Assembly: GCA_965203555.1 (NCBI GenBank)
Contig: CBDBCY010000004.1
Span: forward strand, 2,432,001-2,496,000
DNA from: Acidimicrobiia bacterium
GTDB taxonomy: Bacteria; Actinomycetota; Acidimicrobiia; Spongiisociales; ZC4RG35
DNA length: 64,000 bases
Reading direction: 5' to 3'
Part shown: piece by piece, positions 10,760-19,400 of the stretch
How the letters are laid out: each line of letters begins with the position of its first letter
Numbering within the stretch: the first letter of the stretch is position 1
Made by a program: the position numbers and the translations under genes
Notes under the pieces: model-generated
The model's input: only the letters and a program-made list of their open reading frames with translations
What the model was told of the DNA's origin: nothing
Database searches by the model: none

Positions 10760-11290
10760 GTCACTCAGGGATGTTCTCCGACTCTGTTTTGTCCGGATGA
10801 GAAACTGACCCGTCAGCAGTTCGTGACGTTTTTGTGGAGAGCGGCCGGTAAACCCGCCGGTGAGTACACGGGATTCGAAGCGTTCTCCGATGTCGAGGAG
10901 GGGGTGTATTCGGACCGGGCGATCGGGTGGGCGGTGGCAGAGGAGATCACCTTGGGATGCACACAGGGGTCTTTCGGTACCGAGGACTGGAGGTTCTGTC
11001 CCCAACAGCCGGTCACCCGCGGTCAGATGGCTACTCTGTTGTACCGGCACACCGAAGCCGACTACGTTGGCGCTCCGCCTTCCTATACCGATGTGGCGCC
11101 CGACAGTTTCTACACGCCCGGTGTGTCCTGGTCGACCGATTTCGAAGTGGTGCCCGGTTGCGGTCCCGACGTGTTCTGCCCGGACCGGCCCGCCACCCGC
11201 GCCGAGGCGGCCCTGTTCATCAACGGAGTGGCCATCCGCCCCCACATCTGGGGCGAAGGAAACACCAGCTTCATACCCCAGCCACAATAA
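10760..11290 (+). pseudogene. Orphan 5'-truncated copy of the SLH C-terminal cassette
   Basis: Near-identical to ~21726-22250; begins mid-domain (VTQGCSPTLFCPDEKL...), no signal peptide. Confidence 0.75.
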
Positions 11291-11453
11291 AGCCGCCTAA
11301 ACCTTGGAAAAGGTTCGACCCACTGCCTGTTACTGCCCGCGGAGCATCACACGAACGTTCGTGATCTTCTGAAAATCCGGTAGGTTGGCTACGCCCTGTG
11401 TGGTGCGGCCGGGCCGATACCATTGGGTGCAGAATGCTCGGAAGGACCGCCGC

Positions 11454-12128
11454 GTGATCCGTACCCTCTTCGCTGTGACATCTGTTGTCCTGGTGGTTGC
11501 CGCCTGCGCCGGAGACGACCGCAATGCCGAGGTGGACGCCTCCTCCGCCGCGCCGTCCACCGCCACGACATCGACGGCGGCGAAAAGCCCCTCGACGCCG
11601 TCCACCACGACCACCATCGTTCAGCCCGCAGAACCCTCCACCACCACCTCCAAAGTGATCGAAGAAAGCCCCGCACCCACCACGACCACCACGACTGCAA
11701 CCACTGCCTTCGAGATATCCGACGACGTGCCCGACATCGAGATGTTCGACGTTGCCACCGGCTCGCTGGTCAGCCTGCGGTCGGTGGTGAAGGGGGAGAA
11801 GCCGCTGATGTTCTGGTTTTGGTCCCCTTTCTGAGAGACGTGCCAGGAGGAAGCTCCGGCCATCGAGCAGTTCGCTCGGGAAAATGCCCACCGCCTCACC
11901 GTGGTCGGTGTCGGCGCCATCGGCACACTGGAGGTCGCCCAGGAGTTGGTGGCCTCCAAGGGTGTCACCTTCACGGCGCTGTGGAGCGACTCACGCGACG
12001 CCTGGGATCATTACGACATGGACAGCACCTCCGATTTCCTGCTTCTGGACCGCTTCGGCGCCCGGCTCACCGAGGCGGCGCCCTACGACTCGGACCTCGT
12101 GGAGGAACTGCTGGACGAGTTGTTCTGA
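11454..12128 (+). CDS. TlpA/thioredoxin-fold lipoprotein, predicted selenoprotein (UGA 11832-11834, motif WSPF-U-ETC)
   Basis: Lipobox VAAC, Thr-rich linker, KPLMFWFWSPF*ETCQEEAPAIEQF...TVVGVG continues in frame to 12128; SECIS-like hairpins after UGA. Confidence 0.85.
11863..11881 (+). promoter_or_regulatory. Candidate bacterial SECIS hairpin (gene 1)
   Basis: CGAGC-AGTTC-GCTCG stem-loop within 19-mer starting 29 nt after UGA; second hairpin GCC-A-GGAG-GAAG-CTCC-GGC at 11842-11860. Confidence 0.55.
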
Positions 12129-12186
12129 TGTCGATCACCCGGCCCGGGGCGTGACCGCGTGACTATTCTCTTGCCAGTATTCACCG

Positions 12187-13293
12187 ATGAACAAATGTGA
12201 CCGTATCCGACCCGGCCCGCGGAAGCGGGGGAGACGTCGCCGTCGGTCGGGGGCGCCGCTGATGACGGTGGTGGTATTGCTGGCGGCGGCGGTCGCCACG
12301 GCGCCTGTGAGTGCCGCCGAGGGGTTCTCCGACGTGGACTCCGGCAATGTGCACGCACCGGCTGTCACGGCCTTGGCCGAGCGGGGAGTGTTCGCGGGCA
12401 CCGAATGCGGCGACGGCCTGTTCTGCCCCGACGACCCGATCGAGCGGTCGGTGATGGCGGTGTGGCTGATCCGGGCGCTGGGCGCCAGCCCGGATGCCGA
12501 CTCGTCCCGCTTCGCCGACGTGGAAGCCTCGGAGTGGTGGTCGCCCTTCGCCGAGGAACTGGCCGACCGCGGGATCACCAGGGGGTGCGCGACCGGCCCT
12601 CTCCGCTACTGCCCGGACAGTCCGGTCACCCGCGCCCAGATGGCCAGCTTCCTGGTGCGGGCCTTCGAACTGGAAAGCGCCGGGGCGGCCGGATTCGCCG
12701 ACACGGAAGGCAGCGGTCACCGACAGGATATCGACGCCCTGGCCGCGGCGGGGATCACCAGGGGGTGCGCGACCGGTCCCCTCCGTTACTGTCCGGACAG
12801 TGCGGTCACCCGCGCCCAGATGGCCACCTTCCTGCATCGGGCGCTGCTCCGACAGGAGCAGACGACCCCGATCAGCGACGACGTACCCGACGTGGACCTC
12901 ACCGACCTGTCCACCGCAGACACTGTCAACCTCCGGTCCCTCGTAACCGGCGACAAGGCGGTGCTGCTCTGGTTCTGGGCCGAGTGGTGACCGAGGTGCC
13001 GGGGCCATGCCCCCGAAGTCGAGCAGTTCGCTCGGGACAACGCCGACAGAGTCACCGTGATAGGTATCACCCCCGCAAACTGGGGAAGCACCAGAGCAGC
13101 CGAAGCCTTCGTGGCCCGCTATCGCCTGACCTTCGTCAATCTGTGGGACAACTCCGACGCCGCCTGGCGACACTACGGCAGCCCGTACACCTCCCAGTTC
13201 TGGTTGTTGGACCACAACGGCGACCGGATCGGTGACCGTGCCCGTGTTTTTTCAGCCTCCACGGTCCGGGGACTGTTGCGCTCCTTGGAGTGA
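12187..13293 (+). CDS. SLH-domain plus TlpA/thioredoxin-fold protein, predicted selenoprotein (UGA 12988-12990, motif WAEW-U-PRC)
   Basis: Signal peptide, three SLH-like repeats, KAVLLWFWAEW*PRCRGHAPEVEQF...VTVIGI in frame to 13293; alternative start ATG 12262. Confidence 0.85.
13019..13037 (+). promoter_or_regulatory. Candidate bacterial SECIS hairpin (gene 2)
   Basis: Identical 19-mer TCGAGCAGTTCGCTCGGGA at identical +29 offset from UGA. Confidence 0.55.
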
Positions 13294-13766
13294 TGATCAG
13301 CATATCGGAAGCCGGCCACTGCCGGCCGGTCGCCGACGCCGCACACTCCGTCCCATAGTCGCCACGCGGACCACACCCTGCTCTGGCATATCGAAGAACC
13401 GGGTCGCGAAACAAAGGGGACGGTGGGGGTTGACTCTGTCACAGGTCCCATGGCACATTGAGAGGGTCGAAACACCTCCCGGTCCGTTCCGACGTCGCAC
13501 GGGCCGCACAGGCGCTTCTGTGGACAGAGGGGTCATATTTCTTTCGGACGCGGGTCTCCCGGCGGGACCGGTCGGTTCGCGCTCGGTCCCTGGTTGGTTG
13601 GCGGCGGGGGAGGGCCCGAAGAGAGAAAAGACGGCCCGGGTTTTCGCGGGATAGGGGTTGGTTTCGCGGTCTCGCTCTGATCGGGAGCGACCTATCCGAC
13701 TCTTGTGGTCAGGCGATGGCGCGTAAATGCGAAAGCGCAGGTCACAGGCCTGCATGGAAAGGGCTT

Positions 13767-13834
13767 TGCCACGGTCTAAGCCCGAATCTGCCACGGTCTG
13801 AGCGCAAATCTGCCACGGTCTTGATCCCCCCTCA
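13767..13834. repeat. Three TGCCACGGTCT direct repeats at 22-bp period; probable transposon end
   Basis: Copies at 13767, 13789, 13811, followed by ...CCCCCCTCA (TG... on minus strand). Confidence 0.6.
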
Positions 13835-14135
13835 CCAGCACCTCACCGCCGCTCGGGCATTGAGGATGCTCAACCATCCGCCGGGTGGAACTGAAGCCAA
13901 CCAGCACCAGATCACCCTCACCACCCGACGCACGCCCCTCCAAGCCCGGATACTCGCCGCTATCGGAGTCAACACCCGCACCTGGGACAAAGCCACCATC
14001 GCCTAATCCCCATCGGCTCCAAAAATCCCGAATGTAGTGGAAATACCCTTCACGCGTATGCCCTCTGACCTGGGAAAACACCAAACCACCCGCCAAATTC
14101 GGGTCTGGGTTACGCAACCGACCGCGGCAGATGTA
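13835..14135 (+). mobile_element. IS remnant: transposase C-terminal fragment plus right end (IS1634-like)
   Basis: Fragment ...HQITLTTRRTPLQARILAAIGV...* then GTAGTGGAAA...TGACCTGGG...ACCGCGGCAGATG, resembling IS1634 right ends. Confidence 0.5.
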
Positions 14136-14221
14136 ACGGCCGCGTGGATGGACTGGGAAGAAGCAACCCGTTTCTGTCACGGTTATGAAACAGAAACGAG
14201 CCGTTGGTCAGCCCGGCTTTG

Positions 14222-14557
14222 TCAGTACAGTTCGTAAATGTATCGCCGGGGGTCCCGGTCAAACTCAACCAAGGAGGCGTACTGGTTGATCAATGCATCC
14301 GCGATGACCCGATTGGGAGCGTTCTTGATCTGCACCCATATCAATTTCGGTGGACACCCGAGGGTTTTGCTGATGGGCACAAATCGCTGTCCTTGGATGT
14401 GACAACAAAATCGAACCTTCTGGCGTGTAGCCATATATCCTCATCAGGGCATCTCTCTCCCAACCCCCTCGAGAAGGACATGACTGGACCCAGGGTAGAG
14501 GTGTCCTACCATCCCGACCAGTTTCCGGGAGAGGTTCTGGTCAAAAAGCAGTCTCAT
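14222..14557 (-). pseudogene. DUF5615 PIN-like toxin, frameshifted twice
   Basis: MRLLFDQNLSRKL...(+1 G in G-run ~14464)...DEDIWLHA...TSKDSD(-1 T)FV...PPKLIWVQIKN; ATGA overlap with DUF433 stop. Confidence 0.75.
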
Positions 14558-14781
14558 TTGTGGGGAGGAACCCTCGGGATAACAGTTTCGTCGCTCACGT
14601 AGTCGTAACAGGCCAAGATGTCGTCCATGCTAAGTTCTGGGAAGTCGCTGAGCAGTTCCTCGTGGGTCATACCACCAGCGAGGTTTTCGAATATGTCAAA
14701 CACGGTCATTCGGCTGTCGCGAATGCAGGGTTTCCCTGACCGTCGGCGCGGGTCAAAGGTGATGATGTCTTCGTGATTCAC
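14554..14781 (-). CDS. DUF433 domain antitoxin
   Basis: IITFDPRRRSGKPCIRDSRMTVFDI...GMTHEELLSDFPELSMDDILAC. Confidence 0.88.
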   Translation of the reverse strand: MNHEDIITFDPRRRSGKPCIRDSRMTVFDIFENLAGGMTHEELLSDFPELSMDDILACYDYVSDETVIPRVPPHK

Positions 14782-14824
14782 AACCCTATATGCCACTTGT
14801 CCCTCCGACGCTCCTCGGCCCAAA

Positions 14825-15311
14825 TCAATAATAGGACGAAGTGGCCGTTCCCCGGCTCGTCCACGTTGGTGATGCTCAGCGTTACGCCGATCGAATCCGC
14901 GGCTCCGGAGGGGTCGGCCGCGGTGATGGTAAAACGGTACGTGCTCTTTGCCTCGTGGTTCAGAGCGGACCTGGTCTGAAGTTGGCCCGTTGCCGCCACC
15001 ACCGCGAAGGCGCCGGCGTCGGCGCCGCTGATCCGGTATGTCAAGGGATCGTTGTCAGCGTCCTGCGCCCCGACCGCAGCGCCGATGTTCACACCGGGCC
15101 CGGTGTTCTCCGCCACGCTCCTGGCGCCCGACTCGGTGGACGGGAACACAGGGGCTTGGTTGGTCTGGGCCAGTGACGCCGAGGTCGCACCGAACATGGT
15201 GGCGGGCAAGGCGCAGAGAGCCAGGACGACAGCCCACCGGGGAAACGCCGGCGGGCCTCGACCTGCGGGTGTCCGCGAGCCGGCATGGATGGACGACTCG
15301 CCTCTATTCAC
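14825..15311 (-). pseudogene. Truncated secreted cadherin-domain protein
   Basis: Signal peptide plus NQAPVF...SVAENT...DADNDPLTY...LNHE...NVDEPG, then abrupt switch to unrelated sequence before DUF433. Confidence 0.7.
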
Positions 15312-15609
15312 CTGCCTGCAGGCTCCCTGTTAGTCGATTTCGCGGCGGTCCTCATCCGTCGATTTAGTTTCTGTACGCCTGCATCCCCTTGTGCATATCT
15401 ATCTAAGCCATGATCTTATACTGTCGGTTTGTATGGTTTCTGTGCGCGACTCTGCGACGGGGGGGATCGGTGGGAGGTGATTTCGGCGGTTCGGTCAGGG
15501 GCGAGCGTTTGAGGGTGGGCAGGGGACTTGTGGTTTGGGCCGCCTTGCTGTTCGAACGCGTGTCACGTCCTCGAGACCGCGGTGGCTTTACGGTTCGAGG
15601 GGTCGCTCG

Positions 15610-16419
15610 GTGACGAGGCGCTCTCTTGTGCGGATCGGCGTCGGCGCCACGCTGTTGGTCTTCCTGTTGGGCGGCGCTTCTTGGTGGTTCTCGGCCTCGC
15701 AGAAGTCGGGGCGGTCGACGGGTGGTGTGTCGGTGTCGGCCGATGCGGCGGCGGGGACGGCGGCGTCTGTTTCCTTCGAGTCGGCCGGGGTGCCCGAGAT
15801 CGAGCCGCTGATTGTGGCGGGCGACCTGGACGACGCATCGGCCGCGTTGCAGGAGGGTGAGAGAGCGGTGTTGCAGGTGGGTGAGAAAGTCGATCCCGGC
15901 GTTGATGAAGAGGGAGAGAAAGAGGCGCCGGCGCCGGTGGAGCCGGGACCGGCGTCGGGGGAGTCCTATACGTGGCATGACGGTGACCGCGCCCTGGTGG
16001 TGCGGTTGCAGCCCGACTTGGTGGTCCGGTCCGAGGGCGAGGGTATTTCCCGGGATGACATCGTGCCGGTCGGCGACCAGGGTGACTTCGCGGCGGTGCA
16101 GGGCGAGGCCGATGGCGTTGAGGTGGAGCCCCGCAAGGACCGGCCGGTGTTTCGTTCCGACGAGGGCGAGTTGATGGCGTTGCCGGGCGGTGTGGTGCTG
16201 GTGCTCGACCCCGGTTGGGACGAGGCGGCGGTGGACGCGTTTTTCGAGCGCAACGGCATCGCGTCTCGCCGCACGACGGCTCTCGATTACGTGACGAACG
16301 GGTTCTTCATCGAGACCGAGCCTGGTTTCGCGTCGTTGAACCTGGCGAACGCGCTGGTCGGCCAGGACGGTGTGGTGTTGTCCAGCCCGAATTGGTGGAA
16401 AGAAGTCGTCGCCGATTAG
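15610..16419 (+). CDS. Secreted protein upstream of S8 protease; possible external chaperone/propeptide-like protein
   Basis: N-terminal TM; YTWHDGDR, PVFRSDEGELMALPGGVVLVL, SSPNWWKEV; 10 nt before protease start. Confidence 0.7.
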   Translation: MTRRSLVRIGVGATLLVFLLGGASWWFSASQKSGRSTGGVSVSADAAAGTAASVSFESAGVPEIEPLIVAGDLDDASAALQEGERAVLQVGEKVDPGVDEEGEKEAPAPVEPGPASGESYTWHDGDRALVVRLQPDLVVRSEGEGISRDDIVPVGDQGDFAAVQGEADGVEVEPRKDRPVFRSDEGELMALPGGVVLVLDPGWDEAAVDAFFERNGIASRRTTALDYVTNGFFIETEPGFASLNLANALVGQDGVVLSSPNWWKEVVAD

Positions 16420-16429
16420 GCCGGCCTCT

Positions 16430-19400
16430 GTGTCTGACGTGTCGTTGAGTGGGTGGCGGGTTTGCCTCTGGGTGCTGTTGTTGCCGGCGTCGGCGGCGTT
16501 TTTGTGGCTGTTGGTGGGTGGCGCTCGGGCACAGTCGGTGGCTGCTCCGACGATCGACCATGTGGCGCCGGGTGACACGGGGCTGACGGTGGCCTGGACG
16601 GCGCCTGCGGGGGCGTCGGGGGTGGTGGCCTATGACGTGCGTCATATCCTGACCAGCGCCACCGACAAGTCCGATGCCAACTGGACGGTGGTGGACGAGG
16701 CGTGGACCGAGGGGTCTCTCCGGGTGATCCTGACCGGGTTGACCAATGGTGTCTCCTATGACGTGCAGGTGCGGGCCACCACTGCCGGTGTGGACGGCGC
16801 CTGGTCGAGCACGACCACGGGGACCCCGGCGGAGCCGGGCGATACACATGCGACAGCGGTCAGGTTCGTGGCGGAGCTGCCGGTGCGGGGCGTGCTGGGT
16901 CCGAACGACGACGTGGACTATTTCCGGTTCGACGTCTCCGGCACGGCCATCCGCGAGTACTACGTCTTCACTACGGGAGATACCGATACCTACGGCGAGT
17001 TGTACAACCAGAGCGGTGACCGCCTGAAGTGGTCCAATGACGCGTTTTTTGCGTCGGGTCCGTACAATTTGATGATGACCGGTCGGCTTTCGCCGGGTGC
17101 ATACTATGTCAGGGTGGAGGCGGGCCGTACCGGTGAGCAGGGTCCGTACACGCTGCACCTCGGTTTCCTGGCGGAGACCACCGGTTTGGCCAACGCCACG
17201 CCCGTCGGCCTCGGCGAGGTCGCACGCGGCGTCTTCAGCCGCGCCGGCGGCGCCGGCGTCACGGGAGATGTCGACTACTTCAAGCTGGTACTGTCGCAGG
17301 CCGCCGACGTGGCGGTGCGAGGCGGCGGGCTGGTGTCCGACACGACGGGCGCGATTCTGAATTCGAGCGGCGCCGAGATCGTCACCAGCGACGACGGGTG
17401 GCTGTGGCCCAACACCAGGCAGTTCGCCATGCGGACCCGACTGGCGGCCGGGACCTGGTACATACGGATCGAGCCATGGGTGAATCCGGTCGTACGGACC
17501 TTCGGCTTTCCGGCTCCGACCGGTTTCTACAACCTGTACGTGGACGCGGCGCCGGAGCCGGGCGGCACGACGACCGCGGCGGCCCGCCTGAGGCTGGGGG
17601 ACACCGGCGGCGGCAAGATCGACCCGGCCGGCGACGTCGACTTGTTCCGCATCGACCTCGACTCATCGGCGCGGGTGCGGATCTCGGCGGCGAGCCGCGA
17701 TGTCGACATCGACTTCGAACTGGCGGACCACAACGGCATGACGCTTGCCAACCATGTCTACGATGTCACTGTCGTCAACAGGAGTTCGGTAACTGTGGCG
17801 TACTACAACGTTCTCAGCGGCGGGTTGGCGGCGGGAACCTATTATGTGCGGGTCAGCGCCGAGGATCCGACCGCCACCGGTTCGTACCTGGTGCTGTTCT
17901 CGGACGACAGGGGCTATGATCGTCTCCTGCGTCACTGCCCGCAGGCGCCGGCCGGCATCGACGATCCCCTGTTCGGGTGCCAGTGGCATCTGGGCAACGA
18001 CGGCGGCCTGGGAGGCGTGGCGGGCGAGGACATCAACCTGGGCACGGCGTGGAGCACGACCATGGGCGCCGGCGTCAACGTGGCGGTGGTCGACAGTAGA
18101 CTCGACCCGTTCCATGAGGACCTGAGCGACAACGTGCTGCCGTCGCGCAATCACAGCTACGGTCCGGTCGGCCCGGTGGATAGACACGGTACTGCGGTGG
18201 CCGGTCTGATCGCGGCGCGCGACAACCAACTCGGCATGCGGGGGGTGGCGCCCCGGGCGAGCATCTACGGCTATGACCTGCTATCGGAGTTCAGCCTGGC
18301 GAACGCGGCCGACGCCATGGCGCGGGGACGGGTCACCACGTCGGTCTCCAACAACAGCTGGGGAACCAGCAGCGGTCCCTATGTCGGCCGCTCCTCCCGG
18401 CTGCTGGATCTGGCCATCGAGTCGGGACTGCGGGAGGGCGACGGCGGTAAGGGGGTGGTGTACGTCATATCCGCGGGCAACGACCACGGACAGAGCGGAT
18501 GGGCGTCGCTGGAGGAAATGGAAACCCATCACGGTTTCACCACGGTCTGCGCGGTGGACGCGTTCGGTGAGAGGGCGAGCTATTCCGAGCAGGGACCCAA
18601 CCTGTGGGTGTGCGCTCCGTCCGGGGTTCGGGCATCCAAGATTCGCCCGGACATGGCCACCACGTACAACTACAACCGCTACAGCGATGACTTCAGCGGC
18701 ACGAGCGCCGCCGCGCCGGTGGTGTCGGGGGTGGTTGCGCTGGTGCGGGCCGCGGGCCCCACGCTGACCTGGCGGGACGTGAAACTGATCCTGGCGGAGA
18801 CGGCCCGCAAGAACGACGCCTCGGACAGCGGCTGGCAGCGGGCGGGCCGCAGACGCGGCGGTGGTGGATCGACTCAGTTTTACGAGTACAGCCACAAGTA
18901 CGGTTTCGGGGTGGTGGACGCCGAGGCGGCGGTGCAACTGGCTGCCGGCTGGACGAATCTGCCGCCCATGCGCACCGCCGCCGTGACCTCGACCGGCGGG
19001 ACCGTGTCGGTTCCCGACAACGGAACGAGGGTTTCCCGGAGCGTGAAGATCGACACGCCGATCGATTTCGTGGAGCATGTGGAGTTGGACGCGTCGTTCC
19101 AGGCGCGGGCGTTCCGGGACCTGGAGGTGGAGTTGGTGTCGCCGTCGGGCTCGGTGTCGGTGCTGTCGAAACCCGCGGCGGACCAGTCTTGCCCGCAGTC
19201 GGGCGTCGGAGAGTGTGCTTTGGTGTCGCCGTTTCGGTTCGGCTCTGCCCGGCACCTGGGAGAGGACCCGTCGGGAACGTGGACCCTGCGGATGCGGGAC
19301 CTGCGGTCGGGCGGTCCGGTGTCGAGGCTGGATGGGTGGACGTTGACCGTGTACGGGCACCGTTCCGGGCCGGGGGCGCCTCCGTTGGGTGGGGTGGCGC

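Noticed and set aside
11311-11370. GGTTCGAC...GTGATCTTC resembling a tRNA(Sec) T-loop/3' end near the selenoprotein genes
   Set aside because: No T-stem, acceptor stem or cloverleaf can be formed; better explained as the duplicated TA promoter element.
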